Assembly: GCF_009914755.1 (NCBI RefSeq)
Contig: NC_060928.1
Reading direction: 5' to 3' (one strand)
DNA length: 64,000 bases
DNA from: the human T2T-CHM13v2.0 reference genome, Homo sapiens
The translations under genes were made by a program, and so were the position numbers. The notes beneath the pieces are model-generated. The model was not told the DNA's origin, did no database searches, and saw nothing but the letters and a program-made list of their open reading frames with translations. This document shows, one piece after another, positions 1 through 13,715 of the stretch (within the stretch, counting starts at the first letter, position 1; each line of letters opens with the position of its first letter).

Positions 1-1269
1 CCTTACATTTCAGATTTTCTGCTGATAAGTTCACTGTTAGACTAATGGAGTTGCTTTTGTCCATGATCTAACTTTTTCTCTAGGTGATTTTAGTATTTTT
101 TAATGGAGGTTGACCTTGAGAAGTCTAGTCACTATATGCCTGGGTGATGTTTGTTTTGTATAGTATCTCACAGATGTTCTCTGCATGTTTTGTATCTGGA
201 TGACAAGTTCTCTAGCAAGATTAGTGAAACTGTCATGAATAATTCCCTCAAATATTTTTTATAGGTGTTTTATTTTTCTTCTTCTTTACCAGGAATACCA
301 GTGGTTCACAGGTTTTGTCACTTTACATAATCCCATATTCATCAAAGATTTCTCTCATTTTATAAAGTTCTTTTATCTTATTTTTGTCTGACTGGGTTAG
401 TTCAAAAACTCATCTTCAAGCTCTAAAATTGTTTATTCTGCTTGGTCTAGTCTATCATAAAGCTTTCAATTGTATTTTGAAATTCCTTAGTTGAGTTTTT
501 CATTTCTAGATCTGGTTGATTTATTGACTCCTTTTTAAGATGTTTATCTCTTCCTTCATTTCCAAGATTGCATTAGCAGTTTCTTTGTGTTGATTTTCAA
601 CTTTTTCTTGGATCTTGTTGAGCTTCCTTGAAATCTATGCTTTGAATTCATCTGTCATTTCTGAGTTTCTATTTTGGTTAGAGACCATTGCTGAAGTGCT
701 AGTGTGATCCTTTGGTGGTGTCACTACATTTAGATTTTTCATGTTTCCAGAATTCTTGCACTGATTCCTTCTCGAACTTCTTAATTATTGTAATTATTTT
801 CATGTAGGTAGAATAACTTCTATTTCTTCCTTTCCCTATAATACTATTATTTTTCTTCTTTCTCTTTCCCTTTCCTCTACTCTCTAAGGGGTGTGACTGT
901 AGATAATGCTGGTAGGTATGGTCTTTTGACTTTGCTTCTATGGAACTATGCACTTCCCTTGGAAGGTTTTGTATTGGACTGTGCAGTTAGAACTATAATC
1001 CAGTAGATAGCACTTAGGGGTAAGAGCCAGCTGTGGCCAAGGAAGCTGGGTATGCACTTGATTCCTGTTTACTAAGAGAAGCTGTCTGTTGCCTCAGGCA
1101 ATGGCCTGATTCCTGGAGTGCACTGTGATCTGAGCTCACTCCTCAGCCCCCAGGTAGTGGGGGCAGGGTGCAAAATGGGCAGATCCAGACTGGGAAGGTC
1201 CACATGCAGATCCCTTGATGTCAGCAAAAGCACCAGGGCTGAGGGAGAATCCAGTGGGGGGCCACCAAG

Positions 1270-2430
<1,161 letters not shown>

Positions 2431-3112
2431 GAGCTGGTTAGAGCACTCAGCAATGACACATGCAGACCAATCCCAGATTACCAAGCTGTCCCTGATCACA
2501 AGTCTCGTCATCTAATAGAAACTATAGCTGTAGCAGCTCTCCTCACCACCCAGGCTTGTGATAGGGAAAAGAAAAATTTCAGTGCCCACCAATGAGGCAC
2601 TCTATATATTTCTAACTGTGGAGGCCCCTATCCTGCTTCAGATCATATGACCCAATCTCTGGCCAGAGACTAAGATGGGTACATGGCCACACGGCCATAT
2701 CAGCTGGCTTTGTATGCACCTTGATTAAAAATTATTACCTACTCTTGGTCTCAGTTCTTTGGAAAATTACTGTAGCTTTTCCTGGTGTCTTTTCTGCACA
2801 ACATCTCCATTCGTCTCCCCAAGTTAGCTTCAGGGCTTTGGAGAAACAAAGTGCTCTCCCTCAGCCTGGGTTGCTCAGATCCCCAGTGGACCCTCTCTTG
2901 TTTACTGGAGCTTTACTCACTTTTATCAGCCAGATGCCATCACAGGGGCTATTTGCCTGCATTTTCATCTTTCATTAATCTTGTGGATTCCCATTTTCCT
3001 TCTTGAATTAAAGCTCACAGAGTTAATCTTTATGCACTATCTTGCTACTTTCAAGTGACTGGGGTGTACTGAAAACCACTAATTTTCCATCTTGAAAAAG
3101 CAAAAAATAACA

Positions 3113-3538
3113 TATGTGAATTTGACTGAGCCATGAGGTGCTCAGACATTTGGTTAAACATTATTCTGGGCATGTCTGTGAGAATGTTCCTAGATGATAT
3201 TAATGTTTGTATCAGTAGATTGAGTAAGGCTGATTGTCATCACCAATGTGGTGGGCCTCATGTAATCCACTGAAGATACGAATAGAACAAAATGGGAGAA
3301 TAAGAGAGAACTTGCTCTTTCTGCTTGACTCAAGCTGTAATATCTGTCTTCTCTTGACTTTGAAATCAGACTGGAAGTATACCAGCAGCTTTCTTAGGTC
3401 TCCAGCTTGCCGACTGCAGATCCTGGGACTTCTTAGCCTCTATAGTCACATGAGTCAGTTCTTTCAATTCCTTATAGTAAATCATTATATACTTATGTGT
3501 ATGTGTATGTATTTCTCTGGGGAACCAAAACTAATATA
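3113..3538 (+). mobile_element. 5' LTR, MLT2 family (MLT2C/D-like); first ~15 nt missing
   Basis: cagacatttggttaaacattattctggg...tagattgagtaag; ends ggaaccaaaactaatata; homologous to 9411-9984. Confidence 0.9.
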
Positions 3539-3649
3539 GATTTTGGTATTGAGAACGACTCCAGAGGAAGAGAATTTTAAAGATGAGTTGTCTGAATTGG
3601 TTCTGGGGTTCCTGGAATTGGATCTCTAATCTGATTAGGTTTTAAAATG

Positions 3650-5330
3650 CCAATGACTCCATTTCTAATAGTAAAGAAAGCAATGATAGTCCATGGTGTG
3701 ATCTGGCAATAGAGATAAGCAAAATATCTATATTAGATACACTCAAACACATATTAAAAAAGCCAAAAGCTTGATGACTCTTTATATAATACTTCCAAAC
3801 ATTTTTGGAAAACTAATGAATATAATGAGGTTGGATGATTATTCTTAATGTTGCTGGATAAAGTGATGAAAGAAAAGGATGAGCTCAGGGATTTTAATTC
3901 CCAGCTCCAGCACTGCAGAAATGAATTGAATGTTTCCATGTGTGCTTAAAAGGAGACCCTTATCTTCTTTAGCTGTGGGGCTAAGACTGCTGAAAGTCAA
4001 ATTCAGGATCCCATCCTACAACTGCCTGAATTACAATACAAGTTGAACTCCCAGCCTTACAGGATACCTACTGTCTACGTGAGAGCGTTCAGTAGAAAAA
4101 AAAAAAAAGAGGTCCTATAAGTTGGAATGGGGATTTGTGGGAAAACCCTGATGAACTAGGGACACTGAGCCCCTAAATTCTGATGAGTCCTCTTTACCAG
4201 TGAAGAGATATCCACACCCCCAGTGGAAGCAGCCTTTTCACTCCTGGTGAAAGTGGCATTTTCACTCACATTGGAGAGTATTAACCCTACATTTTTTTGA
4301 GGAAACTGTAATGAACTCCACTGAGGCAGTTGCCATGCAAGATAATTCTGACTCTCCCTAGTACCCACCTCTATTACCCCTTTGTGCTTTTAGACCTATA
4401 TAACTTGACCGAAGTCAAGGCAGGCCCCTAAAGCTGAGGTACAAAGAGTTCGCCATGAGGAGGTATGCTACACTTCCAAAGAACTACAGGAGGTTTTTTT
4501 TTTTTTTAATTTATCGAGACAAAAATACAGGAAATATGTGTGGGAATGGATATTAATATCCTGAAGGATGTGAGACAATGATGGAAGGAACATAAAGTTG
4601 AAGCAGGATGAATTTGTTGATATGGGTTCACTATGCAGAGATTCTGCATTTAATGTTGCATTTGGGGAGGCAGAAAGGGCTCTAAAGTTCTGGTTGCTTG
4701 GTTGGTTAAGACATGGGCCAAAAGGTGGCCCACAGTGAGCAAATTATAAATGGTTGACCTGACTTGGTTTAATTGTAAAGCTTCTAAGGCATAAAGAGAT
4801 TGAGATGTTAGAGTAGACTTGTTATTTAAGAAATACCCACCAACACTGAGGGTCGGGGAGTGAGGGTGCAGAAGATATACCTTTCACAACTATGTGGGGA
4901 GATCCTGGCATCCTTGAACAGCTCTATAATTGCTCCTCTCTCTAGACCAGACCTTACAGTGTGGAACGCAGTCACCAAGTTGGGAAACCTAAATGCAATG
5001 GGAATAATTGGATTCAAGAGGGGTATGGGGACAAGCAGCAGTACTCAGCTACCATATGCAAGATGTGGATGATGTCTGTAATGAAGAGCAGGGTCAAAGC
5101 AACAATCAGAAGAGCCTGACTTATGCAGACATATGGTGTTGACTAGTTGATCATGGCGTTCGTAGATGTGAAATAGACAGGAAACCTACTAAATTCTTAT
5201 ATAATCTGTAAGCAGAAAATTCTAGGTCATGTGAACGAAAGTCTAATGTAAGTCATAAAAACAGAGAGACACAGACCCTCAATTATTTCCCAAATTTGAG
5301 CCGGTTTACCAACCCAGAACCCTTTGATTG
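3650..5330 (+). pseudogene. ERV-L gag remnant
   Basis: Follows the PBS and resembles HERV-L gag (e.g. gaaatatgtgtgggaatggatatta = KYVWEWIL). Many stops and frameshifts. Confidence 0.75.
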
Positions 5331-5399
5331 AAGGGGAGGCTGTCCTCTTTTGAGAAAGGACACTGGTACACTGCCAAAAAGTTACATTCCTAATGTTTC

Positions 5400-8150
5400 T
5401 CCCAGCCTTCCCCATGGGACCTATGGCCTTTTACCAGGGAAGCTGTGCAATGTGGAAAAAGAAATAATCAGAATTTTTAGGGACTAGTAGAGCCTGGTTG
5501 TAACCTGACAGTAACCCCAGGATACCCAAAATATCACTGTGGTCCACCAGTCAGTGTAGAGACTAATGGAGGTTAGATAGCTCAGGTCCATCTCACGCAG
5601 TGGGTCCACAAAAGTTTACTGTGGTTATTTCCTTAGTTTCAAAATGGATAATTAGAATGGACCTACTTAGCATGTGGCAGAATCCCTATATTGGTTTCCT
5701 TTTCCATGGAATAAATGATATTATGGTAAGAAAAGTCAAGTGGAAGCCACTAAGGCTGCCTTTACCTAGTAAAATAGTTAAAAGCAAATCTGCATTCCTT
5801 GAGAGATTGCCAAGATTAGTGCCATCATCAAAGACCTGAAAGATGTAGGGATGTATATTCCCACTGTATCCCCATTCAGTTCTCCTGTTTGGCCTGTGCA
5901 GAAGTAAGACGAATCTTGGAGAATGATGATGGATTATTGCAAGTTTAACCAAGTGATGACTTCAATTGCTGCTACTATACCAGGTGTAGTTTTATTTCTT
6001 GAACAAATTAACACATCCCCTGGTATCTGGTATGCAGCTATTAAGCTAGCAAATGCTTTTTCTTGATATCTGTTAGTAAATACCAGAAGCTATTTTCTTT
6101 CAGCTGGCAAGGCCAGTAGCACACTTTCACTGCCCTAGGACCTCACGGATAGATCAACCATCCAGAACTATGTAATAATTTAGTATGGAGGAATCTTTCT
6201 CTTTCAAACAATATTACACTGGTAAGAACCTAATGAGAAAGACATAGCAACTACTCTAGAGTTATTGTTAAGGCACGTATGTGTCAGAGGGTGAAAAACA
6301 AATCCAAAATAATTCAGCGGCCATTTAACTTAGTGAAATATTGAGGGATCCAGTGATGAGACGGATCCAAGTATTCCTTCTAAGGTAAAGGATAAATTAT
6401 TGCATCTGGCCTCATCTACAAACAAAAAAAGGCACAACATCTGGTGAGCCTCTTTGGATCTTGGAGGCAGCTTACTTCTTATCTGTGTTTTTTACTCCTG
6501 CCCATTAATGTAGCGACCCAAAAAGCTGTTAGTTTGGGGACACAGAACAAAAGAAATCTATGTAATAGGTCCAGTCTTCTGTGCAATCTGCCATGCTTCT
6601 TGATCATATGACACAGAAGATCTAATGGTGCTTGAAGTGTCAATGGCAGATAGGGATGTCATTTGGACCTTTTAGTAGACTCCCATAGGCTAATCACAGC
6701 ACAGGCCCTAAAAAATGTTGGAGCAAAGCCCTACCATTCTGCAGATAACTGCTTACTCTCCTTTTGTAAAACAGCCCTTATCCTGCTACTGGGCCTCAGT
6801 AGAGTCTGAATGCTTAACCATAAACCACCAGATTACCCTAAGACCTGAGCTTCCTATCATGGACTGCGTGTTATTTGATCCTCCAAGCTGTAAAGCTGAG
6901 CATGCACATCAGTATTCTATTATCAAATGAAAGTTTTATGTATGCAATAGTAACAAATAAGACCCTGAGCCACACATGTAAGTTACATGAGGAAGTGGCC
7001 CAAATGTCCATTGGCTTCCACTTCTGCTATACTACCTTCTCTCTCACAGCCTTGGTTTTGCACAATATGCAGGCACCACCCAAAAGTGGACAGCTACATC
7101 ACTACAGCCCCTTTCTGATGCACCCCTGAAGGACAGTGATGAAAGGAAATCTTCTTCCCAATGGGAGGAATTTTAAACAGTGCTCCTGATTATTTACTTT
7201 GCTTGGCAGTAGAAATGGCCAGACTTGCCATTATATACTGATGCATGAGCTGTGGCCTATGGCTTGGCTGGATGGTCAGGGATGTGGAAGGAACATAATT
7301 GGAAAATTGGTGATGAGGAAATTTGGAGAAGAGATATGTGGATAAAATCCTATGAATGGGCAAAAAACATGAAGATATTTGTGTCCCATGTGAATTCTCA
7401 CCAAAAAGGGACATCAGCAGAGGAAGATCTTAATGATCAAGCAGATAAGATGACCCAATCTGTGGACAGCAGTCAGCCTCTTTCTCTAGCCACTGCTGTC
7501 ATCAGCCATTGGGTTCATGGACAAAGTGGATATTGTGGCCATGGTGATTTTCCGTGGGCTCAGCAACCTGGATTTTTCACTTGCCAAGATTTTGGTCATT
7601 GCTGAGTGACCAATCCGCCAGCAGCAGGAACCAACACTGAATCCCCATAAGGCACCATTCCCTGAGGTGATTAGTCAGCTACTTTGTGGCCAGTTAATTA
7701 CGTTGGTAAATTATGTTAGACCACTTCCATCATGGAAGAAGCAGTATTTTTTATTACTGTAATATATATTTACTTTGGATATGGATTTGCCATCTCTGCA
7801 TAAAATGCTGTGCCAAAAGTACCATCTATATACTTACAGAATTCCTTGTCCACCATCATGATATTCCACACAGCATTGCTTCTGACTGAGGAACTTACTT
7901 CACAGCCAAAATAGTGCAGCAATAAGCCAATGCCTACAGAATTTACTAGTCTTGCTGTGTTCCAAACAATCCTGAAGCAGCTAGTTTAATAGAAATAATA
8001 AAATGGGCTTTTGAAGATCCAGTTACAGCACTAGCTAGGTGGCAATGCCTCCCAGGGCTGTGGCAAGGTTCTCCTGTATATGCTCTAAATCAGTTTCCAA
8101 TATGTGGTGCTATCTTTCCCATAGCCAAAATCTACAGGCCCAGAAATCAA
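5400..8150 (+). pseudogene. ERV-L pro-pol remnant (protease, RT, RNase H, integrase)
   Basis: GLVEPGCNLT at 5481 (degenerate LDTGS); [27 protein letters not shown] at ~5872; WYAAIKLANAF at 6028; RNase H in ORF 7252-7605 (GLAGWSGMWKEHNWKIGDEEIW..SHVNSHQK); integrase PHSIASD*GTYFT at 7865. Confidence 0.9.
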
Positions 8151-8153
8151 GGG

Positions 8154-8583
8154 GTGGAATTAGAAATAAAACCAATTACTCTTATGCGTAGTGACTCATC
8201 GGCAAAATTTTTGCTTTTGGTTCCCATGACCTTAGGCTTTACTGACCTAGAGGCCTTAGTTCCAGAGGGAGTAATGTTTCCAATAGGAGATATAGTAAGG
8301 GTTCCATTGAGTTGGAAATTAAGACTGCCAACCGGCTACTTTGCACTCCTCATACCTCTGAGTCAACCGGCAAAAAAAGGGAGTTATGGTGTTTGCTGAG
8401 TTGACTAAGCCTGGCTACCAACGGAAAACTGGAATACTCTTCTACAATGTAGGTAAAGAAGAGTATGTCTGGAGAATAGGAGATCCTTTAGGGTGTTTCC
8501 TAGTATTACCATTAAGATCAATAGAAAATGACAACAATCCAATCCAGGCAGGACTACTAGTGGCCAAAGTCATTCCAGAATGA
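8154..8583 (+). pseudogene. ERV-L dUTPase remnant (frameshifted across two ORFs)
   Basis: VPLSWKLRLPTGYFALLIPLSQPAKKG then PGYQRKTGILFYNVGKEEYVWRIGDPLGCFLVLP, located after integrase as in ERV-L. Confidence 0.85.
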
Positions 8584-8698
8584 AGGTTTGTGTCATCCCA
8601 CCAAGTAAAAATCCATAACCCACTGAGTTGCTTACTGATGGCAAAGGGAATACAGAATAAATTAAAAAAGAAAGTAATTATGAATACCAGCTTAGAAC

Positions 8699-8731
<33 letters not shown>

Positions 8732-8748
8732 TACACATACATATGTAT

Positions 8749-9107
8749 TGATATGGTTGGCCTCTGTGTCCCCACTCAAATCTCATCTCATATTGTAATT
8801 CCTATGTGTGGAGGGAGGGAACTGGTGGGAGGTGACTGGATCATGAGAGCAGTTTCCCCAATGCTGTTCTCGTGATAGTGAGTTCTCATGAGATCTGATG
8901 GTTTAAAAGTGGCAGTTCCCCCTTCGCTCTCTCTCTGTCTCCTGTGACCATGTAAAAAGTGCCTTGCTTCCTCCTCATCTTCCTCCATGATTGTAAGTTT
9001 CCTGAGGCCTCTTCAGCCATGTGGAACTGTGAGTCATTAAACCTATTTCTTTTATAAATTACCCAGTTTCGGGTATTCTTATAGCAGTGTGAAAACTGAC
9101 TAAAACA
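8749..9107 (+). mobile_element. THE1 (THE1D-like) MaLR solo LTR nested in the ERV-L
   Basis: TGATATGG...ACA termini and a perfect 5-bp TSD TGTAT (8744-8748 and 9108-9112). Confidence 0.95.
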
Positions 9108-9410
9108 TGTATATGTGTAGGAAATATCCTTGTTTTCTCCAGTCTTTCATGCTTTCATCATGTAACGTGTTAATTTTATATCCCAGTATTTGAGTATTGT
9201 TATTTTAACACAGGAGTACTCAAGTTATGAGCTATCAAAGAAAAGAATAAACATAACTCCTCTTCTGGAGAAGAGATTAGAGCATGTCCAGTTGAATGCG
9301 GGACAGATGTGTCATGTTAGGCAAAGTTATGATCCTGTTTTGTCTTTATTTGCAGATTAAGTATGGTTTAAAAAGTTGTGCATGGGTGATAAGTTGACAA
9401 GGGGTGGACA

Positions 9411-9984
9411 TGTAATGTTTAATGTTATGTGTCAACAAGACAGGCCACAGAGTGCCCAGATATTTGGTGAAACATTATTCTAGCATGTCTCTGAGGGTGT
9501 TCTAGATGAGATTAACATTTGAATCTGTAGATTGAGTAAAGCATATTGCCCTCCCCCAGGTGGGTGGGCCTTATCTAATCCACTGAATGGCCGAATAGAA
9601 TTTAAAAGGCAGAATAAAAGAGAATGTGCTTTCTCTGCCTGATTGCCTTCAAGGTGACCCATCTATCTTTTGCTGCCTTCAGACCTGGACTGGAGTATAT
9701 CTTCAGCTTTCCTAGGTCTGACAGTAGATCCTAGAACTTCTCAGCCTCCATAACCACATAAGCCAATTTCCTACAATAAATTTCTCTCCTCCTCCCCACC
9801 CCCTCTATATATGTGTGTGTGCGTGCATGTGTGTCTAAACACATACATATACATACCCATAGATAGATATAGATATATATCTGTTTGTATATATATATCT
9901 AGATGTGCATGCACACACACACACACATGCACACACACACATCTTCTACTGATTCTCTTTTTCTAGAGAACCCAGTCTAATACA
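9411..9984 (+). mobile_element. 3' LTR, MLT2 family, with internal TA/TG/CA microsatellite (~9805-9941)
   Basis: Starts tgtaatgtttaatgttatgtgtcaac right after the PPT and ends gagaacccagtctaataca; aataaa at 9775. Confidence 0.92.
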
Positions 9985-10174
9985 GACACTCAATGGTAGA
10001 AATTACATTTATTAAATAAGCACATTACAATTGTAAAATCATATCTTAATTCATAAGCACTATTCTGAGAGCATAAAAATAAATCTTACAGTCCTAAAAT
10101 AAAGCAATAAATTATATTTGAACTGTTAATAAAAATAATAATAAAATATGTGTGGCTAGATTAATAACTTTTTC

Positions 10175-10242
10175 ATATATATGCATGTATATGTGTATGT
10201 ACATATACACATATATACCTTCACATACATATGCATATATAT
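10175..10242. repeat. TA/CA/TG low-complexity tract
   Basis: Seen directly. Confidence 0.8.
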
Positions 10243-12289
10243 TCTCATTTTTAATCATGGTTAAAAGTAGTTGGTTATTTTGCAGGTTGAAATGTTTGAT
10301 CTTAAATTGCAGGGGTGATAATTTGAAGAACATATTTGCCTGACACATTACATCTAGTTCTCATGCGATTTATAACCTCATTAATTCACTTAACTAAAGA
10401 AACTCTAGATTTACCACTTTCTAAGGCGAATTAATAAAAGTCTTTAAAGTATAGTTTATATATTAATTTTATTATATTATCAGAATTTTTGTTTTAAAAA
10501 TTCTCAAAAAATTATGGCGTATGTTTAAAGTTGCCCTTGTATTTAGAAACAGAATCAATGTATATGACATTTTTTAAACCACAAAGTAATCTTTTTAAAT
10601 CCTCCATTTGGAAGAAACCTTCAAAAGTGATGACAGATCATAGTGTCTTTTATATTTATTGGATATAAAGTTGGAACCTATATTAAATGCACCTAATGTC
10701 ATTAATGCATGCATAGCATTTTTTCAGTATGTCACGTATAATTTTTGTGTAGTAGATGATATATGTGGTGACTAAAAATATAAACCACCTGTTCAGATTT
10801 TCACTGCTGAGAGTACTGCATTGTTTAGCTTTTTCTACAGTGTGCTGTGTGTGTCAATATTGATTTCAGAAAAAGTAATAAAGGATCCTGTCAAAATAAA
10901 ATTAAAACCTAAGGCAATTTACTTTGTTGAAGGGGGTCAGCTTTAATAACCATCACCATCTTACCAGAACCGCTGTGAAATTTCATTAACACTGTACTCC
11001 AGTCACATATCAGCTAGGTTTACAATTACTACTTGATTATATGACTGTGTAGATCGTTAGGCACAAGCCTCCTTTTTGTGCCCTGTATCATTTGCTGGAT
11101 GAGGTTTCTTTTCAATTCAGTGAAAATTCTATTCAAAAAAGAAAATGATAATAAAGAAAAGGTTGGTCCTGGAACCGTTTCTCAACTCTGTACAAAATTA
11201 CTAAACACATAGCAATTTCAGAATATTTGGTGTTTTAATCTATCAAAATTCTTAAGTTAGATATCACTTGAGATCAAAACCAGAGTGATTTTATATGTAA
11301 AGATAAAAATATTTAAGAGTTCAGGAGATTCAGGGACTATTTACCAGGAAGCAAATGTAACTGTCTTTATTCCTACCTCTAGGAGGAGGAAAAATCTTTG
11401 CTCCATTTATTATTTATTGATACAATTGATATTTATGGATAAATATCAGTTGGCCCACCCAATGTAAGAATAATGAACCCAAATGTATATATAAACTGCA
11501 TAGGCATTAAAATATAAATATGTGAGCATTTTCATCCAGTAGATAGATGTTTTTATTAATTCTTTTCAGCTATGGAGTAGAAATTTTTATCTTGAATTTT
11601 TAGTGAAAATTTTTATAACTTTTAATTGCTTTTTTCTTTCAGCAAATAATAATTGTTTTGCATGGTGTTCAAAGCAGGTCAAAACATTGAATGTTTCTCT
11701 GTAACAAATACTATATTGAGGTGAGGTTCTGTCCTACTTACCTATATGTGTATTTGAAAGGCAAGTTACAAATAATCTTGTAGAAGATGTAATCCATGGG
11801 CCACACCAACACTGAGATTTAAATTTAAAAATAAAGGTAGACATTTGTCAATCATCTAGGCCTATCACTCAAAGGGATTGTATATAGTCTGATGTCAACG
11901 CAATCCTGACCACGTGGGCAGTATGTTAGTAGGCTACATTCACCAGTGGGTGATTTCTAGAAAATCATGTAACTTCAAGCCCAATTTATAGCATCCATCA
12001 GACCCCAAAAATCTCTGAGGAACATTGTCTCTCACTAATTCTGTCTTGAATATTCTTAGTTGCTCATTTATACTCCAGTTTTTTTCATGACTAGGATCTT
12101 GCATTGAACCCTCATGCTCAGGACTAAGTCTATCACAGCCCTTGTTCTGATGAGCCTGGTCCTACCTAATCTCTTCAGCCTGAGCTTGAGATCAACTACA
12201 AGTAGTTGAATCACTTTCCTTTGTCCCTAGATCCATGTGGCTGTACCTGCTTTATAATGACTATCACTGCTTCCTTAAGATTACTATTT

Positions 12290-12480
12290 TAGTATGTTGA
12301 CTAAAACCTCTGGACTTGAAGAGAAATAGATCTTGTTTAAAATCTTTTAAACCTATCTTTTGTTAATTGTAGGCAAATATCTTTCTCTGACTCTAAATTT
12401 TCTTATCTATTAAAAGAGATAACAATAGGTGCTACCTCATAGAAATTTTGCAATAATTTGATCAGACAATATTCCTAAAT
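12290..12480 (+). mobile_element. MIR fragment
   Basis: MIR core ttctctgactctaaattttcttatctattaaaagagataac..ctacctcatag. Confidence 0.65.
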
Positions 12481-12550
12481 TAAAAGAGAGAATAATTGGT
12501 GCTACTTCATAGAAATTTTGCAATGATTTGATCAGACAATATTCCTAAAT
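12411..12550. repeat. 70-bp tandem duplication (2 copies, 65/70 identical)
   Basis: 12411-12480 compared with 12481-12550. Confidence 0.97.
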
Positions 12551-13479
12551 AGTGAGAATATTTCAAAAGCAAATAACAAATGAGGGAAATGTTAACTATG
12601 ATCTCCTACTTTTATTGGACACTTTGACCATCAGGACTGTTCTAGACTGATATAGAAGGTGGATTTCCCCTTGGATATTGTAAAGTAAATGACCAAACCT
12701 TCTTTCTAGTACTAGTCCTACAGCTGGACCCAACTGTCTTTCCTTGTCCATTAGAGCTGACAGTAAACAGGAATTATGATGATTCACTTTCCCTAAGAGT
12801 TTTGCCTGCCTTAAATATTTTATTGGCACTACTAAGAAAATAACTATTCTCTTAACATAATGAACAAGCTTTGCCTCTGTTACTGCTACCATTTTCAGTC
12901 TGAAGATGCATGTGCTGATGCAGTGGTAAATACTAACCTTTCATCTCATCCAGCCACTAATGCTGTATACAAAAGAGCACACGATGAACACAAATCTCCC
13001 AAGTATTAAAATGACTGGATTACATTCCTTAAAGGGTAAATTTATTCTCCCAACTTTTGGATCAGTCTCTTCTCATAAGACAGCAGTGGGCTGGATTATA
13101 TTTGAATAATACCACTTTGGTGTCATATGTACAGAACTCTGACACTGGCTTGCTTTTTCCAATAAGAGGCAGTCAGTGCCCAGGTCAGAGTCTGGGTACT
13201 TCCACAGTCTTATCTCACATGGATTCCCCATCTGGTAATGAAGTTCTTCAGATCCTTCTGAAAAATAGGATTATTGGTGTCCCTTCCCTATTATTATAGA
13301 AATTCTGTGTTAGGCATGAAGGATAGTAATGCTCTGGGCCTTCATAGAGTTTGTATTTTAGGAAGTAAATCTCTCTAGTTTTCTTCTCCCTATATTCAAA
13401 CTACCTAATTGCACCGTCTGCTTATCTCCTTCCATTCTTTCTCAGAATAAGAGGTATATTTCTTCTTTTTAAGAAATGA

Positions 13480-13715
13480 AGACTGTGAAAATAGATTGGC
13501 TGTGATAGATTCCTGAATTTACTACTTATTAGTTGGGTCAATGTGGGTGAGCTACTTACCCTCTCTAAGCCTAACTCACTGTCATCAAAATAGAGATAAT
13601 GTATTTTGGATATTATATGATACAACGTTATAAATTACTTGGTTCAAAGTCAGGAATATAGTAAGCAAATAATAAACATAAGCTAGCATTATCATAATTG
13701 TTATCACTATTATTA
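13480..13715 (+). mobile_element. MIR
   Basis: gggtgagctacttaccctctctaagcct...aaaatagagataat...atatagtaagca. Confidence 0.7.

Larger units (their letters stand above)
3113..9984 (+). mobile_element. Near full-length decayed ERV-L provirus (MLT2 LTRs plus ERVL internal region)
   Basis: Two similar LTRs, PBS region gattttggta at 3539, gag-pro-RT-RNaseH-IN-dUTPase remnants, polypurine tract aaggggtgga at ~9399, no env. Confidence 0.93.

Noticed and set aside
7252-7605. 117-aa ORF as a possible domesticated gene
   Set aside because: It is an RNase H fragment of the decayed ERV-L pol, flanked by stops and frameshifts.
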